A DNA stretch of 64,000 nt from the human T2T-CHM13v2.0 reference genome, Homo sapiens. The stretch lies in NCBI RefSeq assembly GCF_009914755.1, contig NC_060938.1. One strand, 5' to 3'. Positions 1 to 12,420 of the stretch are shown piece after piece. The position numbers and the translations under genes were made by a program. The notes below the pieces were generated by a model. That model saw only the letters and a list, made by a program, of their open reading frames with translations, was not told the DNA's origin and made no database searches. The first letter of the stretch is position 1. Each line of letters begins with the position of its first letter.

Positions 1-1254
1 TCTTTTACCCTGAGTAGGAACGTTATGCAATAATAAGATTAGCCCAGAAGTTTTATCTAGAAGCTGTATCATCCTGGAAGCTGAAGAGAATAAGTTCATT
101 TCATTATTATCTATTGTCAAAGGATTAAATTTGGAAGGGAGATAAGTATATATTTATTTTTTTGCTTGTTGTGAGTAAATGACTTTGCAGTTAGGTATAC
201 AGTTGAAAAGCTTTATTGAGATTTGTAGTCAACTCTGCTCCACTCATGGTACCCCAATACTGGCTTCTCCACCATTCCATTTCTCCAACTTCAGAAAATG
301 TCCACAGCGTCCTTACTTTCCAACATTCTCCACTGATGTGGAGTGGATCATTGGTGCTCAGGCCTCAAGTCACAAACCTGTGAGTGACATGGTCTTATCC
401 GCTGACCTGGTGTTTTTTATTGAAGTTGTCCTCTATGCAGATAGTTTAAAAACAAGAGAAAAGAAAGACCAGGTGGTAAACCTCCTATTCCTTGTCTGGA
501 GAAATAGTGCCAAGAAGCCATCTGGGCACTCCAGGGCACATGCCCACATCCCCTCATTCTTTCTAGTTCCCTTGCTGGAGTGCATAGGGATGGGGCATTT
601 ACAACAGAACACGTGGAAACACATTCTCAGAAAGTTGAGAACAGAGTGGCCTGGGATAAGATGGCAGAGGGAGAGAAGAAAATACTTCTCTGAGTGGGGA
701 CTGTCTCTAATTCTTAGTTTATTCTCATGCACCTGCCTTCTAACTCAAATACCTTGGAAGAATTTGAAGTAATAAGTGCATCATGTAGGGTTAGAATACT
801 CTCTCTTTTTCCAATCAAGTGGGTTGGGCAAGAGGGCAGACAGCTTCCTCATTGGTAGGTAATAAAAGGATTCTGATTTATCAGATTGTGGGATCACCAA
901 GTACCAGAGTAGCCAGGGAAATTCTCAAATGGATTTGAAAATCCTAGGGAAGGAGCACCATTTAGAGAGGCTGGAGAGAAGAGAAAGGCACTGCAGCCTA
1001 GGAAACCCAGTGAACAAGAATGCAGAAGCAATAACACCTGGGTTCATACAGAAACCTTTGAGGTGACCCCTAAGCGGGGAGGTATAGACATCCATTAGAA
1101 ATGGATTGTGCAGGAGGGGAAGGGCTTTGCACATCAAGATGGACTTGGGTGTGGTTTTTGTGCGTGACTAAGGGGTTTCTGCTTTGTGTGTAGGCATGGG
1201 GTACAGGAGGGCCTAGAAATTGCCCTCTCTGGAGCATATCCTTACCCCAGTGCA

Positions 1255-1432
1255 GTCAGAGAGATAAGGGCTCAAGTTCTGTTTATGCATTTAATAGCCT
1301 ACATGATCTTGGGCAAGTATGTATCCCTGCTGAACTCCATGTCTGTAAAATGGGGCTAATGCTACCTATTTCATTTGCTTATTGTGTATGATATAAAACA
1401 GTGTTTGCAAAGTACCCGGCACATGGTAGGCT
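1255..1432 (+). mobile_element. MIR SINE relic
   Basis: tgatcttgggcaagt...tctgtaaaatggggctaat...ggcacatggtagg resembles the MIR core. Boundaries approximate. Confidence 0.65.
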
Positions 1433-3082
1433 CTTTTCTTATATTGTTCCGGCTCTCAGCTTGCTTTACTCCTGGTATTGCTCCTGTGTGTCTCTGTATT
1501 AAAGATCATGGAGGAATATAAGTATATTTTTTTCCTGAGAGACTTTGTCTTAACTTTGAGATTCTGTCCTCAGCTGTTTTACTGTCTGGTCTCCTAAGCA
1601 TGAGTCACGTGTCCAAACAGCAGTCTTTACAAGCCCATGGGTGGGATAGTAAGACCAGCTTGTCACTGTTTGTGACTCTGCTTCTGTACCTCCCAGTCTG
1701 TGTGACATCTTCCCCCATGGGGAGCCGTTTCTACTTTGTCTTTAATTGCTCCTCACCGAGGCGACTTGTCAGCCAAGGCTGCTTTCTGTCACTTGATGCC
1801 ACATCTCTTCCTATTTCAGCCAGCCATTTGGGGACATTCATTTAGTTGACAGTCTGATTTTACAGAGAACATTGTACCAGACAATAATTTGCCTTGTAAG
1901 GGGGTCCAGCAGGGTTTCCTGCCTCCATGCTGACCCAGGGTGCCAGTACACTTCTGCGTGGCTGTGGCTGTGGTTCTGCACAGAGCAGGTGGGGAAGGTA
2001 AAGATATTAACAATGGAGAGTCCCAGTTGAGCATCACTGGGCTACAAGTCCCTTGCCCTCCTGTCCTTTTCCTCTTGGTAGATAAACCTTCACAGAACCT
2101 CAATTCAGGACCCTATCCATTTCCAACAGAACCCCAACACCATGGGAGATGAAGATATAGGATTATTTCTTCCTAGGTTTGTGTGCCGGTTTAGAATTGT
2201 CTGTGTCCTACTATGTCTAACATCCCACTTGATCTTGACAACAGCCCTGTGAGCTGGGAAAGAGGGACAGTTTGTGGAACAGATATCGAGGCTCTTACCT
2301 TTGGAATAAATAAAATGGGACTCAGAAGGGTTATTCAGCTGTCAGTGAGAGTGGTGTTGGCTTTTTATTCACGACAGTGAAAACTCCATATAAATAGACA
2401 GGTAATTTCAGGGCCATGGAGTAGATAGAGCACTCACCCTCAAAGAGCCTTTGAGAGAAGTCTGGTTATCTCTGTCTGGCCAGTTTCTGGCCCTTGCTTC
2501 TCTTACCTATGTCTTCAGAAATCTTCATTCCGGCTATTCACCTTCTCTCCCAGTCTCAGTTAGGTACCCTTCTCACAGAAGAGTTCCTCTTCACTGCTCT
2601 TGTATCTTGTTAAAAGGCTTTTTTTTCCCTCCTTTTTATTCTGTCCCCAGCCTCCTGTAGGAATGCCTGATCTCTCTTTCTATTTATTGTTCCATGGAGC
2701 CAAACCTCCTTCTGTCCCTTTGGGATGACCTATTGTTATACATTAATAATTAACCTTTACTAGGAACTCTAGTCACAGGCATTTAACCCAAATGCAGAAA
2801 AAGCCAAAGTTTGTTTATGACAAAGAGTTCTCACATGCTAAGGTATAATAGTGAAGGTTAGAAAGGAGAAGCTGACACTCATTAAACTTTTATGATTTCT
2901 TTTCTGGTTTACTCACTTGAGTGATTGCCTGAGGATCCTGCAATATTTCCCTTTGCACATGGTCAGCCCAGTTTAGCTAAAATGAAAAATTCAGCTTTTG
3001 AATTGTGAAGTTGAGCATGCATGACTTTCCATGTAATGTTAAAGATAAGCCTCACAGGTGCTGCTAGTGGGGCCTGGTTCTG

Positions 3083-3322
3083 AGCATATGGACCCTGGGG
3101 CCCAAATGCCTAGGTTCAAGTCCTGCTCTGCCACTTATCAGCTGTGTGCCTGTGGGCCGGTTCCCTAACTGCTCTCTGTGTCTGTTTCTGCATCTGTAAA
3201 ATAAGGCAATGATTACAGGTATCTCAAATGGGTGTTGTCTGTATCTAATGGGATGGAGAGGTGTTAAATCCTTACCATGGTGCCTGGTGGTAGGTGCTTA
3301 ATAAGTGTTAGTATCATTATTT
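3083..3322 (+). mobile_element. MIR SINE relic
   Basis: ggttcaagtcctgctctgccactta...catctgtaaaata...gtgcctggt...gtgcttaataagtgttag. Confidence 0.75.
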
Positions 3323-3659
3323 TCAATGTTATTGACTATGGTTAGGTCCACGGTCAAGGTTACATAATAGTGAGTCATTTTCAATGCTTCGCCATAGTTA
3401 TATATCACTCTTGTAATATCCATTAGAATGCAAACAGCTTTGCTTGATTCTCTCCTGGTGATGAGAGATGGGAACTAATTCTACATTTAAATATTGGGGA
3501 TTATATGATATGTGCTGGAGTGACCCATCCAATTAACTTTGTCTCACAGATATGGACAGATGAGGCTTATTTTAGAAATTAGCCATTGTTGTTTTGGAGA
3601 TGATAATGCAACCTTTTCAGGGCTGTGGAAATAGCGAAATGAGATTAACAATAACCCTC

Positions 3660-3860
3660 CAAATAGCTGCGACTTTTGTGCCCTTATGATATTGCATTCC
3701 TAAGTGCTTCACATGTTTTAAATCATTTTATTATTACAAAATAAATAGTTTGTTTATTCCTATGTTCCCAATTTCAGGAGAGGAAACAGACTCAGAAAAT
3801 TTACTTTGCCAAAGTCACATAGCTTGTAAGTAGTAAATGTGGAATTCAAACCTAAATCTG
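3660..3860 (-). mobile_element. MIR SINE relic
   Basis: gaggaaacagactcaga...ttgccaaagtcacatagct...ggaattcaaacc is the reverse MIR core. Confidence 0.65.
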
Positions 3861-4144
3861 GGTCCTGACTTAGAATTTGAATAAGGTAATATAAAGAAAA
3901 TAGGAAAATAGTTGGGACGCTCAATACTCAGATCCTTGTCTATTTCCCTTCCATTGTTTTCTGCTTATTAAGTTTTTATGGATACGACATTGCTCAGAGA
4001 TCAGAGCGCCAAAAACCATTCCAGGGTACTGTATCAAATTTCAGTTCAAATAAGAGTAAAACTTTTTTGAAATTCTAATTTCATGGAGAAAGATTAATTT
4101 CTGCTTTTAGATGGATTATACCTGGTTTAGAAAGTCATAACAGA

Positions 4145-4728
4145 TTTTTTTCCCATAGGTTATTGGGGTTCAGGTGGTGTTTGGTTACATGAATAAGTTC
4201 TTAAGTGGTTATTTGTGAGATTTTGGTGCACTCATCACCCAAGCAGTATACACTGCACCCTATTTGTAGTCTTTTATTCCTCACCCTCATCACACCCTTC
4301 CCCTCAAGTCCCCAAAGTCCATGTATCATTCTTATGCCTTTGCGTCTTCATAGCTTAGCTCCCACATATCAGTGAGAACATACAATGTTCGGTTTTCCAT
4401 TCCTGAGTTACTTCACTTAGAATAATAGTTTCCAGTCTTATCCAGGTCACTGCAAATGCCATTAATTCATTCCTTTTTATGGCTGAGTAGTATTCATATA
4501 TATATATCACATTTTCTTGATCCACTTGTTGATTGATGAACGTTTGGGTTGGTTCCACAATTTTGCAATTGGAAATTGTGCTGCTATACACATGCCTGTG
4601 CAAGTATCTTTTTCTTATAATGACTTCTTTTCCTCTGGGTAGATACCCAGTAGTGGGATTGCTGGATCAAATGGTAGTTCTACTTTTAGTTCTTTAAGGG
4701 ATCTCCACACTGTTTTCCATAGTGGCTG
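4145..4728 (-). mobile_element. 5'-truncated L1 (L1PB1-like): ORF2 C-terminus plus 3' UTR, with 18-bp TSD
   Basis: ORF 4355-4603(-) ends ...LETIILSEVTQEWKTEHCMFSLICGS, the L1 ORF2 tail. L1PB-type 3' UTR. TSD ttaga(a/c)agtcataacaga at 4127-4144 and 4729-4746. Confidence 0.92.
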
Positions 4729-5074
4729 TTAGACAGTCATAACAGATTTTTTTAACTGCCATCCTCACGTTCTCCACCTACCTACCCACTCTGCAGGACA
4801 GTGGCCATGGCTTTGCAGAAGTGTACACTAACCTTGGGTAGGGCATGGAGGCAGAAAGCTCTGCTGGACCCCCTTGCAAGGTGAATTAGTATCTGGTTCA
4901 GTATTCTTTGTAAAATCAGACTCTCAACTAAATCAATGTCCTTGACTGACTGACTGAAATAGGGCTTCAGGGTGTCTCATTCTACCACTGTACAGAGGGC
5001 ACATGCAATGTGCAAAAAATAAAAACAAAAACAGACCTCTGTCCCCACCAGCTTTTAACACTTACTCTTTTCTT

Positions 5075-5460
5075 TCAAGTAATATATCCACATGGTTGAA
5101 AAAAAGTCTAACACTGTAAGAGGGCACAGTGAAAAGTAAGTCACCCTCCCACTCCAGAATATTAATCCCGCAAATATACTCCCCAATGACAATTTTATAG
5201 TTCCAAAGAGACTTTATGCTTACTGGAGCATATATACATATAATGCCCCCACGCCCCCACACTTTTACACAATGATAACATAATGCACCCTCTATCCTGT
5301 TCCTTGACAATTTCACTTAACAATGTGACCTGGAGAGCTTCCACATCAAAACCAAAAGCAATACCTTGTTTGCAAGGCCTGCCTAATATTCCATTATAAC
5401 GCTGTGCCATCTGCTATTGATGGTCATTTAGGTTGTTTCTGGTGTTTTACTAAGGGTGCT
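5075..5460 (-). mobile_element. Old L1M (L1ME-like) 3' fragment
   Basis: ttcacttaacaatgtgacctggagagcttccacatca...ctattgatggtcatttaggttgtttc. Confidence 0.65.
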
Positions 5461-5799
5461 TCAGTAAATCACTTTGTTTGAAGTATGTGAATCCATGCAA
5501 CTCGATCTCTCTTGATTTTTATTTGCAAGCTTATGTTGTATAACTTTCTGACAACACAAGAAATTGGCCAGGAGACAAAAGAAATTCTGTAGAAATATAG
5601 AGGCTTTTTTGGAGCTTGTGTGCACATCAGATGTTTCTTCAGATACCTTTTTGGTTCCTGTGTCTCATTGTTTCTCATGTTGTTTTGGGCTATGTCCTGA
5701 AGCCTCTTTTTGGGTCATTTTTCCAGGTGCCCAGTGAGTGATGGATGGATACTGTTTGCAAGATTGATTCACATGGCACTTTTGTTTGGCTTTTGACAG

Positions 5800-6238
5800 G
5801 TTGTTTATAAGAATAATGACATCCGTCTGGAGCTGTCTCGCCTGGCCCGGATTGCGGACACCAAGATGAAAATCTATGGCGAAGTTGTGTTTAAGTGTGA
5901 GAATGTGGCCACACTGGACCCCATCAACTTTGAGACCCCAGAGGCTTACATCAGCTTGCCCAAGTGGAACACTAAACGTATGGGCTCCATCTCCTTTGAC
6001 TTCCGCACCACAGAGCCCAATGGCCTGATCCTCTTCACTCATGGAAAGCCCCAAGAGAGGAAGGATGCTCGGAGCCAGAAGAATACAAAAGTAGACTTCT
6101 TTGCCGTGGAACTCCTCGATGGCAACCTGTACTTGCTGCTTGACATGGGCTCTGGCACCATCAAAGTGAAAGCCACTCAGAAGAAAGCCAATGATGGGGA
6201 ATGGTACCATGTGGACATTCAGCGAGATGGCAGATCAG
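5800..6238 (+). CDS. NRXN3: Neurexin-3-alpha internal coding exon (end of LNS2, linker, N-terminal part of LNS3), 439 nt, phase 0 to phase 1
   Basis: Acceptor ttttgacag|GTT at 5799/5800 and donor TCAG|gtagga at 6238/6239. Translates [56 protein letters not shown]...[15 protein letters not shown]. Residues match NRXN3 rather than NRXN1 (which has AKQGDPKMKIHG). Confidence 0.97.
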
Positions 6239-8010
6239 GTAGGAAGAGGCAGGATGTGTGACTGAGACTAGACGAAAGCTGTAGCTTCTCAGTTTGTTTT
6301 TTGGCTTTATGTTTCTTAATTTTCACCCTTGCATGCTTGTTGATTCTTTTGCTACTCTCTTTAATGGCTGTTTTAAAATTATGTTTCTGAAAACATACCT
6401 GTCTCATAGATGGCTCACATTCTCCGCTTATCTCTCTTGTCACTCACTGCGCAATTGTCTCAGTGATAGCTCTACGATCCTGGAGCTAAGGATGGTTTTA
6501 CAAGTAGCATTTCCACTGCTACCAGAGCAACTCTCATGTCACTGGTGTGATCCGCCCCCATTGCCCCATTCTTTGCTTCTCTCTTTCCTCATCACCATGG
6601 AAACCGATTGTGACATCACAGATGCTGCATTATGTGATTATTTTGTAGGATAAACTTCACTGTGCAAGAATTTATGCAACAATACACCCTTCAGTAATTG
6701 GCAAGAGTCATGTTGCATGGAGAAATTATGACAAGAAAGGAAAAGGCAAATTGATTTTTCCTGAAGATACATTCAATTTAAAGCCTTCCTTTGGTGTAAA
6801 AGCCTATATTTCACTCTTTGTTCAGACCTCACTAACTCTCTCTTCCTCTTCATAACCTTTTACATTTTGTTTAAATGGCTTTGTTTCTGCAGCTGCAGAT
6901 CAAACAAGCTAGCCCCAGGCAGTACATAGCTACTATGGAATAGTAACAAAGTGGGGGTGGGGGTGGGGCAAAATAGTCAGGGGTTTTTGAATGCCTGGAC
7001 AGTCTGCCTAGCTTTCTATGGACCATGTGGCAATGAAGGTCACATTCTGTGCTATCAGAAAGGGCATTTTCCCAAGAGCAGTAATTAGAGCATTTGCCAT
7101 TTCAGACTCATTTCCTGATTCTCCATTTAGGTAGGATGTACTCAAGAAGGGTCTTGGCTTCATGTGCCATATTTATAGAGATTCACTTTCCTGATGAACA
7201 TTAAAAAGTCTCTATTTGGATATTTTCTTTCTAGGTACATTTGGCCAGTAAGAGAGAGCAATAAGTTCCCCAAAAGGCTGAAACTGGGAGTGACTGAGCT
7301 TTGGTGGGTTGGCTTTTCTGCATAATTCCAAAGCTAGGCTGACGGCAGAGATAGCAATATTGCCCTTAGGAAGAGCTGGATGGGTTCTTTGCAGAGGGCA
7401 GATGGGTGGCAGATTGCAGCCCTGGCTATTTTATTGCCCAGTAGGAATCTTTACTGGTTGTCTGAAATCTGATCAGAACCAAGAGCCTTCAAATTAAATG
7501 TGCTCGTTAAGCAAGAATGAATAGTGTCTACCCTTTTACACAGAAAAACACCCAAAAAATTAATTTCTTTGGAGGCTAAATCCCGCCACACCCCCCATAC
7601 TTCTTCTTCTTCTTTTCTTTCTCCTTCTCTGCTTTTCAGTAAAATGACAGCAAGAGCAGAGTCAGAAAGCTGTTCCAGAATTATAAAGAAAACACTGCTG
7701 TTGGTTTTTAAGAGCATGTGTTTGGGATCTCTGAGGTTAGGTCACGGTGGACGGGTTTTGTGTCTGACTAACCTAGACCTTGGCACAGCATAAAAGTTAC
7801 CTTACCCGTGTCTCAGGCAGGCTAAAACACACAAAATTGCCATTTGTTCATTTCTGTCTGTTCCTAATACAAATTTTTTTTTCAAACAATTTTGAACAAA
7901 GGGGAACAGTTTTTGTTGTTTAAACCACCAGTGGACCCAACTTCAACAAATATGTTTGAATTTCAGAAGTCTTAAATTTCATACCTGGGAGCTAAAGCAC
8001 TGGCTAATTC

Positions 8011-8319
<309 letters not shown>

Positions 8320-8861
8320 TGGCCAGTTTTTTGAACTACTGATGAATTTGATCAAAGCCTATTAAAAACTTACTGAGTAAACAAATAATTGTCCCATGAA
8401 AGCAGTATAATCTAAAATTTTAATACAGTCTGTTAAACTTTCATTTTTTCATGAGAATGTTTTCTGGTAACTTGTTTTAGATTATAAATCTATACTAAAG
8501 GATAGTTATAAAAACAAGTGTATCTAAATGTGGTGCCTCCTTCCCTGATAATCTTGAAGAATAATATAACAAACAGTGATCTAGAAAAACTTTTATGATC
8601 ACTCCTCACTTGGGCAAGTCAGTCTTAGAACTTGTTAAGTGCATTCAAAACTGTTATGGTCACACATTCAGAGAACAGATTTTCCTCAGGTTGTATTTAA
8701 GGCTCTAAAATTTAAATTGATTCTAGTATTGTCTTTACTTGGCAATAGATGTCTCCCCATTTTAGTTGGTGATCAGATTAGCCCTGTGGACCTGTGAGGG
8801 GTAAAGAAAGAAAACTATGCAACAGAGAAAATAGTAAGAGATAGAGACCTCAACTTCCTCC

Positions 8862-8975
8862 TTTGTAAGATAGAGAAAATAATAACTCCTACCTCCCAAT
8901 ATTGTTTTGAGGATCAAGTCCAAAAATGCACATAAAATAGTTAAAATGGTAGCCAGGACATTATTGTTGTTATAT
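8862..8975 (+). mobile_element. MIR fragment
   Basis: tttgtaagatagagaaaataataactcctacctcccaatattgttttgaggatcaa. Confidence 0.55.
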
Positions 8976-9116
8976 AAGTGTTTGAAAGATTGAAAAACAA
9001 AAGGCAAAGCATATTTCTCTAGGAGTAAACTTCTAGGAGGGAGTAGTGAAGCAGATTGTTAAATTCCCCTTAATATCCTTTCTATGCTTCTACTCTTGTG
9101 TTGACTTTGCACTTTA

Positions 9117-9441
<325 letters not shown>

Positions 9442-9809
9442 GACTTTGTACTTTAAAGTGTATGTTTCATTCTTGATCACGTCTGATCTTCGCAGCCCTT
9501 CAGGTTATATACCCTTCATAACTGAAGAAACTGAGAATCAGACAGAGGTGAAGGCTGACTGATGGATGGCATGACCCATTTATCTTGATACCAATAAAGC
9601 ACATCAAGAATAATAAATACCTATTTTAAAATTTCTGACAGGAAGTTTAGATATCACCTAGTCCATTTCCTTAATTTTCCAGTTCGGGAAATTGAGCCAT
9701 AAAGTGGTTCAGGGATTGGCCTAGGGTCATAAAGACATTTAGGACTAGAATCCCTGCTCTCAAGGTCCCAGGTTAGCTTGTGGGGTTTCATCTTCTACAA
9801 TCTCATTTG

Positions 9810-10665
9810 ATGCTGTCCAAACTCCAACCCCTTCCTGGGTCTGCTTAGCTCTCTGACTTGATCTCCTGCTCACCCCCTCTTGCCTTCTCTATTCTAGCCA
9901 CACATCTGCCTACCTCAGGGCCTTTGTAGGTGCCATCCCCTCTGCCTGGCATGCTCTCTCTCCTGGACTTTGCATGGCTGGATCCTTCTCAACATTCTGG
10001 TTTCAGCTTCACTTTTACCTGCCTAGAGAGACCTTCAGTGACTCTACATTTTAAAGTAGAATGCATGAGTAACTAGCACACCACCCATTTTACTCTCTTC
10101 ATAGCAACTGCCCTTAGCTAATTTATTTCATTTATTGGGTTACTTATTGTATTAGTCTGTTCTCATGCTGCTAATAAAGACAAACCCAAGACTGGATAAT
10201 TTATAAAGGAAAGATGTTTAATTGACTCACTATTCAGCATGGCTGGGGAGGCCTCAGGACACTTACAATCATGGTGGAAGGAGAAGCAAACACGTCCTTC
10301 TTCATATGGCAGCAGGAGAGAGAGAAGTGCAGTGCCAGCCAGAGAAATGCCAGATACTTATAAAACCATCAGATCTTGTGAGAACTCACTCACTATCATG
10401 AGAACAACATGGAGGTAATGTCCCCATAATTCAATTCACTTCCCACCAGGTCTGTCCCACAACATGCAGGGATTATGGGAATGGCAATTCAAGATAAGAT
10501 TTGGGTGGGAACACAGCCAAACCATATCATTTATTTTTTGTCCCTCTGTTCTGGAACATCTGCTCAATGAGAGGAGAGACATGCCTATCAAGTTCATCTC
10601 AGTGCCTAGAACTATACCAGAGACAGAATAGGTCTTCCATACACATTTATTAAATGATTAAATAA
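9810..10665 (+). mobile_element. L2 3' end, interrupted by a THE1 LTR
   Basis: ctcagggcctttgtaggtgccatcccctctgcctggcatgctct before the LTR. cagtgcctagaac...catttattaaatgattaaat after it. Confidence 0.7.
10148..10529 (-). mobile_element. THE1 (THE1D-like) MaLR solo LTR
   Basis: tgtattagtctgttctcatgctgc...gcctcaggacacttacaatcatgg...acacagccaaaccatatca, with TG...CA ends. 5-bp TSD cttat/tttat. Confidence 0.92.
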
Positions 10666-10859
10666 GGAATAATGTTTCAGTTAAAATGTGTCACAGGGAA
10701 TGCTGAAAATATTCACTGGCAGGGCTGGTAGTGAATGCCCAATCTAGAGAGTACCAGTGCATGGAGAGAGAGACAGAAGAGGAAGTTCCATCTTTTGGGG
10801 GTTGGTGAGCCCTTGAAGAAAACTCAGGCAAACATATGGAGGCCTCATTCTGTCTCAGT

Positions 10860-11025
10860 CACTCTTAAAAGCACTTTGCATATATTCACTCATTTAATCA
10901 CACCAACCTATGAGGTGGGGACAGTTATTTTCCCATTTTACAAATGAGGAAACTGAGGCACAGGAAGGTGAAGTCACTTCTTCACGGTTATACAGCTCAT
11001 ACATATTAGAGCTGGAATTTAAATA
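10860..11025 (-). mobile_element. MIR SINE
   Basis: catttaatc...cccattttacaaatgaggaaactgaggcacagg. Confidence 0.8.
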
Positions 11026-11334
11026 CAGGCAGGAACTGTGCTGCTCTCAACCTGTATGGTCTCAGCCAAGAGGGTTAAGTAGAGAAAAGATACACTAGAT
11101 GTTAGGTCACTGAGATTTTTCTGGGTCTTCCTAAGGGCCAGCTTGACTTAGCTGGCAGAGATTGGAACCAAACGGCCTACATTGTCTTTTCCATTGTCTT
11201 GTAACATCTAATTCTCTTGCTTACATTGTTCTCTCCTGGCCAGCCAATGGCTGGGCTCAGCACTCACCTGTTAGGTTTCTTTCATTTGGTTAAGCAACTG
11301 GCAGACTCACCTGAGATCTGTCTTCCCACCCCAG

Positions 11335-11718
11335 GTACTATATCAGTGAACAGCAGGCGCACGCCATTCACCGCCAGTGGGGAGAGCGAGATCCTGGACC
11401 TGGAAGGAGACATGTACCTGGGAGGGCTGCCGGAGAACCGTGCTGGCCTTATTCTCCCCACCGAGCTGTGGACTGCCATGCTCAACTATGGCTACGTGGG
11501 CTGCATCCGCGACCTATTCATTGATGGGCGCAGCAAGAACATTCGACAGCTGGCAGAGATGCAGAATGCTGCGGGTGTCAAGTCCTCCTGTTCACGGATG
11601 AGTGCCAAGCAGTGTGACAGCTACCCCTGCAAGAATAATGCTGTGTGCAAGGACGGCTGGAACCGCTTCATCTGCGACTGCACCGGCACCGGATACTGGG
11701 GAAGAACCTGCGAAAGGG
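11335..11718 (+). CDS. NRXN3: Neurexin-3-alpha internal coding exon (C-terminal part of LNS3 plus EGF-like repeat 2), 384 nt, phase 1 to phase 1
   Basis: Acceptor tcttcccaccccag|GT at 11334/11335 and donor AGGG|gtgagt at 11718/11719. Joins the previous exon in frame (G|GT = Gly). Translates [33 protein letters not shown]...[35 protein letters not shown], with a six-Cys EGF pattern. Confidence 0.97.
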
Positions 11719-12034
11719 GTGAGTCGGCCTAGAGGATGGCAAGTGAGGGCCTGAGTGGGGCTGATGTGTTACAGTTGGATCCCTGGGCAGCCCAAGCCTT
11801 CGCACCTACCTGCACTTTCTTTCTTCCAAGAGTTTTTGGGTTTACTGATTTCCAGATTGCACCCTTTCTAGTTCTGAATGCTTGGGTTTGTTTGGCTAAG
11901 ACTGAGTTGCAGAAAGGGAAGCTTTATAATAAATATTACTGTGATTATGATACTTTTTGATTAAATATTTTCTATTTAGAGAGGGTAAATAATTCTCTTT
12001 TGGGACTCCAGGGGGCCTAGCCAACTGGCTGTTT

Positions 12035-12200
12035 TATTCATTCATTTGACTTGTGCTTCTTTAGTGCTTTCTACAAGCTAACTCCTGGGTTAGGCTTTAG
12101 AAATACAATGTTGAACAAGACAGGTACATCGCTGTTTTTATGGAGCTTGCTGCCTAGTGGAATATTTAGCCATTAAATAACTGATTACAAACATGGTGAG
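12035..12200 (-). mobile_element. L2 3' fragment
   Basis: ttattcattcattt...aaatacaatgttgaacaagacagg...tggagcttgctgcctagtgg. Confidence 0.55.
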
Positions 12201-12211
12201 TTTTATAAGAG

Positions 12212-12420
12212 GCAGAGTGATGTATTAGTTAAGAACATAAACTCTGGGGCCAGACTGGGTGAGAAATCTGGCCCTCATGCAGTGATGGGAATTTCATCAT
12301 GGTAGTCAATATCTTTGAAACTTGACTTCCTCATTTGTAAAATAGAAATCAGGTACCTACCTCACAAGATACTGATGATGATTAAATGAGTTAATAGGTT
12401 CTCGAGCATTTAATGTTAGT
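12212..12420 (+). mobile_element. MIR SINE
   Basis: gttaagaacataaactctggggccagactggg...ttcctcatttgtaaaatag...tacctacctcacaag...gattaaatgagttaat. Confidence 0.7.

Larger units (their letters stand above)
1..5799 (+). other. NRXN3: NRXN3 intron (3' part; 5' end outside the window)
   Basis: Ends in a pyrimidine tract plus AG at 5798-5799. No neurexin-like coding sequence upstream within the window. Confidence 0.85.

Noticed and set aside
179-772. 197-aa ORF on the + strand
   Set aside because: No recognisable domain, intron-like composition, no splice context linking it to NRXN3. Treated as a chance ORF.
1601-1611. Overlapping AP-1 and CACGTG motif (TGAGTCACGTG)
   Set aside because: Single isolated composite without supporting context; too weak to call.
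4355-4603. 82-aa ORF resembling L1 ORF2
   Set aside because: Decayed remnant of a truncated L1, not a gene.
5665-6210. 181-aa antisense ORF over the first exon
   Set aside because: Shadow of the NRXN3 coding frame with no independent evidence.
5866-6261. ORF-track start and stop for the first NRXN3 segment
   Set aside because: True boundaries are splice sites 5800 and 6238. The ATG is internal and the RKRQDV tail is intron read-through.
11329-11340. Exon acceptor CAG|GTACTA as a recursive splice site
   Set aside because: The reconstituted donor lacks the +4/+5 consensus, and GT is dictated by the Gly codon.
11217-11732. ORF-track 171-aa protein
   Set aside because: The N-terminal 39 codons and the terminal ESA are intronic. 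Only 11335-11718 is exon.
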